From Patescibacteria group bacterium (GTDB lineage: Bacteria > Patescibacteriota > Patescibacteriia > UM-FILTER-42-10), in NCBI GenBank assembly GCA_041664365.1, contig JBAYKW010000005.1, positions 29,204 to 93,203 on the forward strand: a stretch of DNA of 64,000 nt. The letters are read 5' to 3'. The position numbers and the translations under genes were made by a program. The notes beneath the pieces were generated by a model. It had not been told where the DNA came from, made no database searches, and saw only the letters and a list, made by a program, of their open reading frames with translations. Shown here piece after piece: positions 27,004 to 36,720 of the stretch (positions are counted from its first letter, which is position 1; every line of letters starts with the position of its first letter).

Positions 27004-27612
27004 ATGAAAATATATTTCTTCGGACCAACAACTGAAATAGCAAACTATAATAAAGCTTATGAGCAGATTTTGGAGCAATTAACCAAAGCTGGCTTGCAGA
27101 CTTTCTCCAAAACAGAAAGCAGTTACGTCACACCGATCGGCGAGGATAAAATGGCGGAAATTCAAGCAGCCGGCGAGAGCGTATTAAACCACGTTGACGG
27201 TATTGTGATTGAAACGACCGCGCCTGATTCTGAAGTCGGCTATCTGCTGGCACATGCCATTTTACAGAAAAAACCCACTCTATGTTTGTACCAGAAAGGC
27301 GCGCAAATCAAAAAGACATTGAGTCATCTGGGGCAGAATATCCCGCCCTTTATTATTGCCAAGGCCTATCAGAAAAGCGACCTGGAATCGATTATCGCGG
27401 AATACATTAAACTGTTTGGGATTGATCCGGAATACAACGATGTGCCGAATATTAAATTCACCCTGCGTATTTCCCAGAAGATATCCCATTACTTGCACTG
27501 GAAAACCCATAATACCAAAAAGACCAAAGCGGATTTTCTGCGCGAGCTGATCCAGGATATAATTGAAAATGATGAAAAATATAAAAAGTATATTGTAAAC
27601 CGCAAGAAATAA
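27004..27612 (+). CDS. Nucleoside 2-deoxyribosyltransferase-like (Rossmann) domain protein, hypothetical
   Basis: MKIYFFGP...DGIVIETTAPDSEVGYLLAHAILQKKPTLCLY resembles the NDT-family KIYxAGP...DSGTAFEIGYA pattern. Ribosome-binding site GGAGGGAG. Confidence 0.4.
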   Translation: MKIYFFGPTTEIANYNKAYEQILEQLTKAGLQTFSKTESSYVTPIGEDKMAEIQAAGESVLNHVDGIVIETTAPDSEVGYLLAHAILQKKPTLCLYQKGAQIKKTLSHLGQNIPPFIIAKAYQKSDLESIIAEYIKLFGIDPEYNDVPNIKFTLRISQKISHYLHWKTHNTKKTKADFLRELIQDIIENDEKYKKYIVNRKK

Positions 27613-27638
27613 GTAATAAGCAGAATTATAAAAAGAAA

Positions 27639-27665
27639 GGGCGTCCTCTGGACGTCTTTGTTTTT
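27639..27665 (+). terminator. Rho-independent terminator
   Basis: GGCGTCC-tct-GGACGTC followed by TTTGTTTTT. Confidence 0.65.
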
Positions 27666-27671
27666 ATCCAT

Positions 27672-28268
27672 ATGCACATACATCGTAACTCACAAAAAAG
27701 ATACTATTCCAGAAATTATGTATATTTTGTGACATTCAATACAGAAAATAGAATACCCTATTTTAACGAAAGAATTTTTTGCGATATCTTCATTGATAAT
27801 TTAATACTTTGTAAGCAACTTAAGCGATTTGAATTATATGCTTTTTGCTTGTTACCAGACCACGTGCACATTCTATTGAAGGCGGGAGCAGTTTATAACA
27901 TATCCAATATCATTCATTTTATAAAAAAGAATGCCAGTTACAATATTAACAAAATTATGATGTATAATCCGTTTGAATTAACCCCCAAAGGCGGGTTTGC
28001 GCAAACCCGCCTTTGCTTTGATAATAAAATGAAATATTATAAAACCGAATTTGAAAAGAAATATGGGTATGATCAAAGTTCAATTCCTCAATTCAAATGG
28101 CAGGGATCATTTCATAACCATATAATTTGTGATGTGAAAGATTTTAATAATCATTTACAGTACACAGCATATAATTTCCATAAACATAAAATACCAGATG
28201 ATTGGCAATACAGTTCCATAAATTATGGATTCATGATTGATGAATCAGATTATAATATCTATAATTAA
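27672..28268 (+). CDS. IS200/IS605-type Y1 (HuH) transposase-like protein, RAYT-like
   Basis: YFVTFNTENRIPYF...LYAFCLLPDHVHILLKAG carries the HuH motif HVH. A Tyr-containing C-terminal region (QYTAYNFHKHK). No companion tnpB. Confidence 0.6.
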   Translation: MHIHRNSQKRYYSRNYVYFVTFNTENRIPYFNERIFCDIFIDNLILCKQLKRFELYAFCLLPDHVHILLKAGAVYNISNIIHFIKKNASYNINKIMMYNPFELTPKGGFAQTRLCFDNKMKYYKTEFEKKYGYDQSSIPQFKWQGSFHNHIICDVKDFNNHLQYTAYNFHKHKIPDDWQYSSINYGFMIDESDYNIYN

Positions 28269-28299
28269 ACGCTTGACTATCTCCATGCATCTGCTAAAA

Positions 28300-28470
28300 T
28301 TTAGATAGAGATAAGCCGTCGCTAAAAATAGCGCCGTCGCATAAATCATCAAAAAGAGACTTATCCCGAAAAAATGCAAATTGCCAATTAAAAACGTAGA
28401 AAAATAAAAGCCGTCTGATTCCAGCGCCGTCGGAAGAAAGTGTGGATAGCTTTCCGCCGTCAAACTGGAA
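28300..28470 (+). repeat. Cluster of GC-rich short repeats (AAGCCGTCGC...GCGCCGTCG pairs) downstream of the RAYT-like gene
   Basis: AAGCCGTCGCtaaaaatAGCGCCGTCGC and AAGCCGTCTGattccAGCGCCGTCGG about 90 bp apart, plus CCGCCGTCA. A similar pair occurs at 25273-25300. Confidence 0.4.
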
Positions 28471-28598
28471 TATAACTTTTGCCCTCATGAGGCCTAGAAG
28501 ATGGCTCCTAAGTTCCCTCCCCCACTTTAAAAAGAGGACGCCCAATAATCTTTTTTGGGGGAGGGGCTTGGAAGCCAATCAATACAATTAAGCTGGCA

Positions 28599-29384
28599 CT
28601 ATGCCGGTTTTTTTATTAAAAACTGGTAAATTTTTTCCAAAAGCGTATCAGTCACTTCATCCATCAAAGGATCATGATAGGAATCCTTGAGCCAATAAAG
28701 CTCTTTTTCCTTTGATCCCAGCATATTGTAAATCAGTTCAGCGCTCTCAGGTGGTATAACCACATCATCCTGAGAATGAATAATTAAAGTAGGTACTAGC
28801 ACATGCGGTAGTTCGTTTTTCGTGAAATTATTGATAAAATAGATGAAACTCGCATAGCTATCAAGCGGAATCCGGTCGTATGTCCGCTTCATAAATTCGG
28901 TATCTGAACTCATATCCTTAACCCATTCTTTCTTGTAATACTTTTTGAATCTTTTGACATACGGCACAACATAGCGGTTGAGACGGGCCTTTTTTAACAA
29001 AATAGGAGTGCCGATTGTAACAATCTTATCAATCGTATCGGGATAACACCTGGTCAGGTTAAAAGCCAGATTCCCGCCAAAGGAAAGTCCGACAATTGAA
29101 ATGTGTTTGTATTTTTCTCTTACCTGATTAAAAGCCACACGTACTGATTCCTGCCAATCGCGATAATCGGTCTGCGCTAAATTTTCAACATCTGTGCCGT
29201 GACCGGCAAGCCTGACACCATAGGCGTCAATTCCCCTGTCAGCCAGAAAACTACCCAATATCCGCATGCTGAAAGGGTTGCCTGTGAATCCATGTATTAA
29301 CAAAACGGCAGAGTCTCCTCCACCGTTATATTTGAATGCTTTACCGGATTCAATAACTTGATCCTCGTTTTCTACAATTTTCAT
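28599..29384 (-). CDS. Alpha/beta hydrolase (esterase/lysophospholipase-like)
   Basis: LLIHGFTGN. Nucleophile elbow GLSFGG. C-terminal Asp/His region (SQDDVVIPPES...YHD). Confidence 0.75.
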   Translation of the reverse strand: MKIVENEDQVIESGKAFKYNGGGDSAVLLIHGFTGNPFSMRILGSFLADRGIDAYGVRLAGHGTDVENLAQTDYRDWQESVRVAFNQVREKYKHISIVGLSFGGNLAFNLTRCYPDTIDKIVTIGTPILLKKARLNRYVVPYVKRFKKYYKKEWVKDMSSDTEFMKRTYDRIPLDSYASFIYFINNFTKNELPHVLVPTLIIHSQDDVVIPPESAELIYNMLGSKEKELYWLKDSYHDPLMDEVTDTLLEKIYQFLIKKPA

Positions 29385-29447
29385 GAATGTATTAGTTGAC
29401 CTTCAGTTTTGTTTTCTGTATAGTAATAGACGCGACCTGTCTATTTC

Positions 29448-29523
29448 GCCACCTTAGCTCAGCTGGTAGAGCAATACTTTCGTAAAGTAGAGGTCGTCGG
29501 TTCGATTCCGACAGGTGGCTCCA
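29448..29523 (+). tRNA. tRNA-Thr (anticodon CGT)
   Basis: Acceptor GCCACCU/AGGUGGC. D-loop AGCUGGUAGAGC. Anticodon loop UUCGUAA. T-arm GUCGGUUCGAUUCCGAC. CCA encoded. Confidence 0.65.
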
Positions 29524-29545
29524 TAATCCCTCTTAATGAGGGATT

Positions 29546-30670
29546 TTATATTTTTACCAAACGATAGATCTTTGCTTTAGCAACTTCACCGGTTAGCCAG
29601 TCGTCAATCGACGGGAAACGTACCAGGATGTGACTTGCTTTTACCACCTCTTTAGCCTCGTCGCCTTCACCCTGCATAACCTTTTCATCAACTTTGATAA
29701 TGTGATAACCAAACTGAGTCTTAACAATCTCACTCACCCCGCCGGCCTCCAGTGCGAAGGCTGCGTCTTCAAATTCCGTCACCATTTCTCCTCTGCCAAA
29801 ATATCCGAGCTCCCCGCCGTTTTCTGCAGTAGTATCATCGCTATATTGCTTTGCAGCATCGGCAAAAGTTATTTCTCCGCTTTTTATCTTAGCTAATGCT
29901 TCTTCCGCCCTTGCTTTCGGTTCTGCAATGACTGAGGCATCTTCAGTTATTTTCGTTTCCAATTTACTGCGAAGTAAAAATTTGTACAGTACTTTGTCCT
30001 TAAACTGTTCAGGTGTCCATCCATAAAGATCCAAAATCGTTTTTTCTACCTCTTCTTTTGATGCTGCCTGGCTGACTATCAGATCAAATTCACTGTTTAC
30101 TTCTTCCTGCGTAACTGAGACCCCTTTTTGAACCGCTATTTGTGACGCTAATTCATCCTCAATTAAACGGTCCATTACATTTTTCCTTACTTCATCGACA
30201 GTGAAATCAACTGCCTGATCCGGATACAATTCCTTCTGTTTTCCGTAAAAGAATTGAAGCGCTTCAACATCCGATTGAAAATCAGAATATTTTACGATCT
30301 TGTTATTGACCAGAGCTGCCGGATAGGGCAGTGTATTTGTGATTGACTCCGTAAACTGGTTATTCCATTTGTACTTATAAACGCCAATTCCCACTGTCGC
30401 TAATCCACCTAAGATAACAACTAGAATTATAATAACAGAAAGGATAATAGCCTTTTTATGCTTCTTTTTCTTGGGTTTCAATTTTCCATCATCAACAGTC
30501 AGTTTCTTTTCTTGATCAGTGTTTACCGAAACCGGCTTCTCTTCGACAGCTTTTGTTGCAGGTTTTTTTATAATCTTTTTTTCCGGATTTTTTAGCACTT
30601 CCTCGGAATCTGACTTTTCAACTGCTTTAATATTTTCCGTTTTCTTATTTTGCGATGTCTTATTAGGCAT
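29546..30670 (-). CDS. Membrane-anchored peptidyl-prolyl isomerase (parvulin/PpiC domain, PrsA/SurA-like foldase)
   Basis: N-terminal TM helix. C-terminal parvulin motif GGELGYFGRGEMVTEFEDAAFALEAGGVSEIVKTQFGYHIIKV. Confidence 0.75.
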   Translation of the reverse strand: MPNKTSQNKKTENIKAVEKSDSEEVLKNPEKKIIKKPATKAVEEKPVSVNTDQEKKLTVDDGKLKPKKKKHKKAIILSVIIILVVILGGLATVGIGVYKYKWNNQFTESITNTLPYPAALVNNKIVKYSDFQSDVEALQFFYGKQKELYPDQAVDFTVDEVRKNVMDRLIEDELASQIAVQKGVSVTQEEVNSEFDLIVSQAASKEEVEKTILDLYGWTPEQFKDKVLYKFLLRSKLETKITEDASVIAEPKARAEEALAKIKSGEITFADAAKQYSDDTTAENGGELGYFGRGEMVTEFEDAAFALEAGGVSEIVKTQFGYHIIKVDEKVMQGEGDEAKEVVKASHILVRFPSIDDWLTGEVAKAKIYRLVKI

Positions 30671-30687
30671 TATTTTATTTTACTTAA

Positions 30688-31095
30688 TTATTGATTAAAA
30701 AAATATGCTACCCAGCGTTCAGGATTAGATAATTCCTCTACGTTTTCTGGAGCTCCCACTAATTCAGTTGCATTATCTTCTGCAACCGTTACATCAGGAA
30801 TGACTACTACCTTTTCCCCTGCTTTTGCCATCCCGAGCTTAGTGCGAGCTTCTTTTTCCTTAAAACTGTCTGTATTTAAATATTCTATTAGTTCGGATAA
30901 TTCAGTATTCTGTTTTTCTAGTTCGGCCACATCTTTTTCGAGCGTTTGGATATCTTTATTCACCTCGTAGCGTCTGATTACTTCTTTACCCAGCGATACA
31001 GAGAACAATACTAGCACGGCAATCCCAACTATTAGAAATAAGCGGGATGGTAGAAATCTTTTTAGATTATTTTTCTTGCTCACCCTCTGTCTCAT
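30688..31095 (-). CDS. Septum formation initiator (FtsB/DivIC family)
   Basis: Single TM helix followed by a coiled coil (LEKDVAELEKQNTELSELIEYL) and TKLGMAKAGEKVV. Confidence 0.7.
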   Translation of the reverse strand: MRQRVSKKNNLKRFLPSRLFLIVGIAVLVLFSVSLGKEVIRRYEVNKDIQTLEKDVAELEKQNTELSELIEYLNTDSFKEKEARTKLGMAKAGEKVVVIPDVTVAEDNATELVGAPENVEELSNPERWVAYFFNQ

Positions 31096-31732
31096 TTTGT
31101 TCTTCTGCTGTTAAAGAATTATTGTCCTGCGATTTGATGAACCTGTTAAATCTTTCTTTTCCGAGTTTTTCCTTGGTCTGCTCCAGAATATCTATCAGCT
31201 CAGCTGCCGACATTTCTTCTTTACCAACCCTTTCTTTTTGCAGCGATTCTTTCTGAATTTCCATGATTATGTCCTGGATTTTCTCCGGTTCGAACACATT
31301 ACGAATTTCCAGGTTCGCATTAGCTCCTGCAGTCTGAATCACAATAGTACCATAATTGAAAATCGTTGAAAAGACACCCTTTTTATTAAAGCTAATATCC
31401 TGAATTTTGTCATATGTTGCAACTGAAACCGTCTTATTAAAAAGACCCCGCTGGTCAAAATCGATGATTCGTTTATTCGTTATTAAAAAGGCATTGAAAT
31501 ACCAAATAATCACTGCTCGCACGGTAATGACAATTGCAACTGTTAACAGGATAAAAAATCCGATTACACCCCAAAATCCACGCTGAAACAAGGGAAAAAG
31601 AAAAAAGAACGGCAGAATTAACAATAGGATAATGATAATTATTTGAAACAAATGACTCAAAGCATATGCCCGGACTATTTTTACGGTTTCTTCCCCTTCT
31701 TTGAGATGTTTGGTAAAATATTCTTTAGACAT
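31067..31732 (-). CDS. Membrane protein with a bacterial PH (bPH_2/YdbS-like) domain
   Basis: Two TM helices followed by FLITNKRIIDFDQRGLFNKTVSVATYDKIQDISF...NYGTIVIQTAG. The chosen start is MSKEYF at 31732. An in-frame upstream ATG at 31762 is also possible. Confidence 0.55.
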   Translation of the reverse strand: MSKEYFTKHLKEGEETVKIVRAYALSHLFQIIIIILLLILPFFFLFPLFQRGFWGVIGFFILLTVAIVITVRAVIIWYFNAFLITNKRIIDFDQRGLFNKTVSVATYDKIQDISFNKKGVFSTIFNYGTIVIQTAGANANLEIRNVFEPEKIQDIIMEIQKESLQKERVGKEEMSAAELIDILEQTKEKLGKERFNRFIKSQDNNSLTAEEQNETEGEQEK

Positions 31733-31860
31733 ACAATAAACTAATAAACAAGTTATGACCAAAAAGCAAAAGAAGCTCTATCAACTAATTTGGACGGTTA
31801 TTTCAATAATTGCCGGACTCGGAATGATCTTCTTTTTGGTTTACCCGGCTTTCATGTAAA

Positions 31861-33693
31861 CTATTTTCCTTTCAATACCGACAGATACACTTTTGAAGGA
31901 ATATCAACTTTGCCGAAAGAACGCATTTTCTTCTTTCCTTTCTTCTGTTTTTCCAGAAGCTTTCTTTTTCTGGTGACATCTCCACCGTACAGCTTCGCCG
32001 TAACGTCTTTTCGGAGCGGTGATATTCTTTCAGAGGCAATGACTTTTCCACCAGCTATGTGAGTACCCTTCTGTTTTTGATATCCCAGCACTCCCTGAAT
32101 CCGGATTTCGATCAGTTGTTTCGGAATAGCATCCTTTAAAGTACTGACTACCCGGCGGGCTGTTACATGCGAGGAATCCTCATAAACAAAGGTTGCCAGT
32201 GCCTCAACCACATCCCCATTTACCACGATATCCAGTCTGCGGATTTTAGCCTCGTGATAACCAAAAAACTCATAATTCATCGAAGCATAACCTTGGGTTA
32301 CGCTTTTTAGTTTATCATAAAAATCAACAATCAGTGAAGTAAGGGGCATTTCAAAATGCAGAATAATCCTTTCCATCTCCAGATACTCAGTAGTTTCATA
32401 TGTCCCCCTTTTAGCTAAAACTAAATCCATTAAAGCACCCTGGTATTTCGCCGGAGTAACCAAATCCACTTTCATCCATGGTTCTTCAATCTGAAGGATT
32501 GTTTCCTCGTCCGGAAAATCTGCCGGACTGGTGATTGTAACTTTTTCATTGCTTTTTAAAGTAACATGATAGGCGACGGATGGGACGGATACGATTATTT
32601 CCAACCCGTATTCTCTGTTCAGTCTCTCTTGAATGATATCTAAATGCAGAATTCCTAAAAACCCGCAGCGGAATCCCAAGCCCAGTCCCGTTGATTTCTC
32701 CGGTACATAATCAAAAGCGGAATCGCTGAGATGCAGTTTTTCTAGTGCCTCCCTTAGTTTTCCGGAATCATCGCCCTCTTTAGGAAAGAAACCCGCATAG
32801 ACCATCGGTTTCACCTCTTTATAGCCCGGCAGCGGCTCCAGGTCCGGTTCATGATCCAGAAGCATGATCGTATCGCCTACCCGGCAGTCCTTGACTGTTT
32901 TAAGTCCGGTGACGACATATCCGATTTCCCCGGCAGAAAGAGATTCTTTGGAATTTAAATCAGGTCTTAGAACCCCGATATCCAGTGTTGCACCTTTTTT
33001 TCCGGTTGCCGGTAAATATATTTCGTCGCCTTTTTTCAGGGTGCCGTCAACAATCCTGATCAATGAAACTACACCCTGATACTCGTCATAGTATGAATCA
33101 AAAATAAGGGCGCGCAGAGAATCCAACTTGCTCTCTGCCGGCTCCGGAATAACTTCGATAATTCTTTTCAAAATTTCCGGAACCCCTACTCCGGTTTTCG
33201 CCGATGCTAGGATTATTTCCGCCGGATCAATACCTAGTAAATGGGATAATTCTTTTGATACTCTGTCAATGTCGGCATTCGGCAAATCTATTTTATTGAT
33301 GATCGGGATAATCGTCAGGTCCTGGTCAATCGCCTGATACAAATTGGCTAGCGTCTGTGCTTCAATCCCCTGCGTCGCATCCACCAAAAGAAGTGCCCCC
33401 TCAACGGCGGATAGTGACCGGGAAACCTCATACCCGAAGTCCACATGACCGGGTGTATCAATCAGATTTAAAATGTATTCTTTCTGATTAAACTGATAAT
33501 CCATCCTAACCGGCTGTAATTTGATGGTGATACCACGCTCCCTTTCCAGATCCATCCGGTCTAAAAGCTGCTCCTTCATTTTCCTCTTTTCCACTGTACC
33601 AGTAAATTCCAAGAGACGGTCAGCTAAAGTAGATTTACCATGGTCAATGTGAGCAATGATACAGAAATTTCTGATATTTGTTTTTTCAGTCAT
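31861..33693 (-). CDS. lepA: Elongation factor 4 (LepA)
   Basis: IRNFCIIAHIDHGKSTLADRLLE. LepA C-terminal domain. Confidence 0.95.
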   Translation of the reverse strand: MTEKTNIRNFCIIAHIDHGKSTLADRLLEFTGTVEKRKMKEQLLDRMDLERERGITIKLQPVRMDYQFNQKEYILNLIDTPGHVDFGYEVSRSLSAVEGALLLVDATQGIEAQTLANLYQAIDQDLTIIPIINKIDLPNADIDRVSKELSHLLGIDPAEIILASAKTGVGVPEILKRIIEVIPEPAESKLDSLRALIFDSYYDEYQGVVSLIRIVDGTLKKGDEIYLPATGKKGATLDIGVLRPDLNSKESLSAGEIGYVVTGLKTVKDCRVGDTIMLLDHEPDLEPLPGYKEVKPMVYAGFFPKEGDDSGKLREALEKLHLSDSAFDYVPEKSTGLGLGFRCGFLGILHLDIIQERLNREYGLEIIVSVPSVAYHVTLKSNEKVTITSPADFPDEETILQIEEPWMKVDLVTPAKYQGALMDLVLAKRGTYETTEYLEMERIILHFEMPLTSLIVDFYDKLKSVTQGYASMNYEFFGYHEAKIRRLDIVVNGDVVEALATFVYEDSSHVTARRVVSTLKDAIPKQLIEIRIQGVLGYQKQKGTHIAGGKVIASERISPLRKDVTAKLYGGDVTRKRKLLEKQKKGKKKMRSFGKVDIPSKVYLSVLKGK

Positions 33694-35300
33694 TATTTGC
33701 GTAAATTAGCGAACTGATTTTTTGCTTTTTGCAAAAACTTTTTAATAATATCAACTTCATCAAAATTAAGCTTCACCGCAAGCAGTACATACACCAGACC
33801 ACCGCCCACCAAACTGCCCGCTGTTTGGACCAGCACACCGAAAAAAGTCTGCATATCAACTAACGGTCCAATTACATACTTAAGTCCTTGAATCATCAAG
33901 CCCATAAGTAAAGATAGCAGTATAATTTTTAAAGTAGAATTAATAATCCGCTGGTCATCCAAGTCCCCTAATCTAGTACGCAGAGCGGCCAATAATAATA
34001 TCATATTAACAAAGCTTGCGATAGAAAAAGCCAAAGCGAGCCCTAAAACACCCATCGGTTGTACAAGCAGTATGGAACCGATGATATTAATAATCATAGA
34101 GATTACGCTGATAATAACCGGAGTTTTGGTGTTTTGAAAAGCATAAAAAGAACGTGCCAGCATCGGTATCAGACTCTGGGCGAACAGTGATAGTGAAAAT
34201 AATCCTAAAGCTTGAGCAGTCAGAATAGTATCATTCCAGTCAAAGTTGCCGGATCCCAACACCAGACGGACTATCTGGGCGCGCAACAGTAGAATTACAA
34301 TACTGGTCGGGATAATAATAAATAGAATTCTTCGAAAAGTCTGTGAAAAATGTAATACAAATTTCGAGGTATTGTTCTCGGTAAATGCCTGGGTAAATAC
34401 CGGAAAAGCGGAAAGCGCCAGCGATACTCCGAATACGCTGATCGGAAAATACTGCAAATTGTTCGCCAGATTGAAAACCGCAACACTCCCGACAACCAAG
34501 GTAGAAGCAATGGAAGTAATGACAACCTGGTTCAGCTGAGTAACACCCAAACCAAATGCGCGCGGTAAAACCAATTTGCCGATTTTTTTGACACCAGGTA
34601 GTGAAAAACTCATCACCATTCTGTATTTAAATCCTGACTTGTAAACTGAAGGAAGCTGAACCAGAAGATGCAGAAAAGCGCCGAGAATTACTCCATAAGC
34701 CAGTCCCATAATCCCGTACTCGGGTACAAAAAAAACGATGCCGAAAATTATTCCCAGATTATACATGATCGGCGCCAACGAATAAGCAACAAATCTTCTG
34801 AAAGAATGCAGTACTCCTGAAACAATATTACTTGCCCCGAAGAAAAGAACGCTGACGTACATAACTCTCACCAATTCTCCGGTTATCCTTCTTTTTTCCG
34901 CATCAAATCCGTATGCGATCAAAGAAACCAGTTGGTCCGTAAACAAGAAAACAAACACACCGATAATCAACAAAATAAGTGTAATTATGTTTAACAGCGA
35001 ATTTGCGATTTTGAAACTCTCAAAACTGGAATTTTTTTGCTCCTTATCCTTATTCCAATATTCGATGAATACGGGAATAAATGCGGACGATAATGCGCCC
35101 AGTACAATTATATTGAAAACGAAGTCCGGAATTTTGAATGCGGCATAATAAATATCCAAAGTTTCACCCGCGCCAAAAGTTGAAGCCAGCATCCTTTCCC
35201 GAAGCAAACCCAAAATACGACTGACAACTTGTGCCAGCCCTATAATAATTGCACCACCCATGATGGTGGTCTGAAATTTCTTGAAATCTTCACTTTTCAT
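33693..35300 (-). CDS. murJ: Lipid II flippase MurJ (MviN)
   Basis: 14-TM MOP-family protein. N-terminus GLLRERMLASTFGAGETLDIYYAAFKIPDF is typical of MurJ. Confidence 0.85.
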   Translation of the reverse strand: MKSEDFKKFQTTIMGGAIIIGLAQVVSRILGLLRERMLASTFGAGETLDIYYAAFKIPDFVFNIIVLGALSSAFIPVFIEYWNKDKEQKNSSFESFKIANSLLNIITLILLIIGVFVFLFTDQLVSLIAYGFDAEKRRITGELVRVMYVSVLFFGASNIVSGVLHSFRRFVAYSLAPIMYNLGIIFGIVFFVPEYGIMGLAYGVILGAFLHLLVQLPSVYKSGFKYRMVMSFSLPGVKKIGKLVLPRAFGLGVTQLNQVVITSIASTLVVGSVAVFNLANNLQYFPISVFGVSLALSAFPVFTQAFTENNTSKFVLHFSQTFRRILFIIIPTSIVILLLRAQIVRLVLGSGNFDWNDTILTAQALGLFSLSLFAQSLIPMLARSFYAFQNTKTPVIISVISMIINIIGSILLVQPMGVLGLALAFSIASFVNMILLLAALRTRLGDLDDQRIINSTLKIILLSLLMGLMIQGLKYVIGPLVDMQTFFGVLVQTAGSLVGGGLVYVLLAVKLNFDEVDIIKKFLQKAKNQFANLRK

Positions 35301-36076
35301 ACGAACATAGTTTATAACATAATATCATGAATTATTCAATTAATAAAGCCACTCCGTATTATTTTTTAGGTTAGGGTTCAGTCCTCCCGAAAACCCTTAA
35401 TTTTGTAATCATTACTTCATCTTATCTCGCACGTTTTCCTGTTCATTTAGTCTAGATTCCGGAATGACACAAGGCTATAAACATGTCTTTCGAGCGAAGC
35501 CGAGAAATTTTTAGACCTCTCCGCTTCTACTTAAGAATCCATTATTAATAAAGTAAAAGTCATAACAAAAATCCGTTCAGTGTTGAACGGACTTATGTTT
35601 CGAAGCAATATTCTGCTGAAATGGGTCATGTAGGTAATACGAGCTTAAGTTTGAAGTATAGGTCTTTAGCAAAACCTATGAGGAGAGAGTTTTTCATTCT
35701 TGAGTTCGATCTATATGTTTAATCCCAAGTTCAGCAGAATAATGCCTCCAAATTATTGCATAATTTATAAGAACGGAATTGGAGCGAATATGTAAAGAGC
35801 AATTAAAATTTTTCGCTCCAAATCCAGACTCACAAACATTTTTAGGGAGAAAGCTGAAGACGAATTGCAGGCCTTCAGTATTGCCAAATCCGCCTCCAAT
35901 TTTCTCCCTGAAATTTGCGTGCTCAGAAATCTGGAGGAGAACCTGTCCCGGATTTGTGATCTCGCTTGGAGATCTACCCGGGACGTGGAACATTCCGTTC
36001 AGGTAATTTCTAGCGTGAGCCAGATATTTCCTGGGATACATTCCTTTGTTCGCCCCTCCATATTTCTAAGCACTTT

Positions 36077-36720
36077 TTGTTAATGTCCCCTTATTCAGCA
36101 AACATTGACATAAGCCAATATTCGCTGGAGAAGGGGTACGAGAGAGCAGTAACGGGGGCTACTGCTCTCTCGCCCGTCGCTGAGCGCCTACTAGGCGCTG
36201 CGACGAATCGCGTGATCGATCGGCATGAGCTGCCGCTTCTTGGGATGGAACTCCCGCCGAATCGGGGGCTTGCTCGCCACCTTGCGGTGCGAACAGCTAC
36301 CACTCGACTTCGGGACATGCACCGGGATGAAGATGTGACCGACGTTACCGCCGGTGTCGTCATCACGGGAAAGCCCGCACGAGACCACCGTGTTGCGGAG
36401 GTCAACGGGTTCGAGCGTGGGCACGACGGTGGCAGCGGGATGATATCCCTCCACCAGCGCTTCTTCCCGAGCCTCGTGGTCCAGGATGCGCGTGAACACT
36501 TCGTGATGGGATGGTTCCTCCCAGCGTGAAGTGTGGTCACCGCCGAACCGGTTCTTGATCCGCTTGACCTTGCCACCGTTGTCCTGCTTGAAGACCTTCT
36601 TCATGATCGCCTGCTCCTTCTTGCGATTGAACGTTATGGTGCGACCGATACGATGCGATTCTATTGTTGTCAGGGCAGAATTGGAGGTGAGTTTCCTGTC
36701 TTGCGACAAGTTACTATTTG
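36077..36720. other. 0.64-kb high-GC block of uncertain coding status inside a 1.9-kb non-coding region
   Basis: About 62% GC versus about 38% in the flanks. The longest frame (36191..36709, minus strand, 172 aa, ...IDHAIRRSA*) has no recognisable fold. All six frames are open, as expected for GC-rich DNA. Confidence 0.3.

Noticed and set aside
36191-36709. HNH or TnpB-like nuclease assignment for the 172-aa ORF in the 0.64-kb GC block
   Set aside because: Fragments like IDHAIRRS and RDDDTGGNVGH loosely resemble HNH or RuvC-III motifs. They do not align in order or spacing with either consensus. The call would be a guess.
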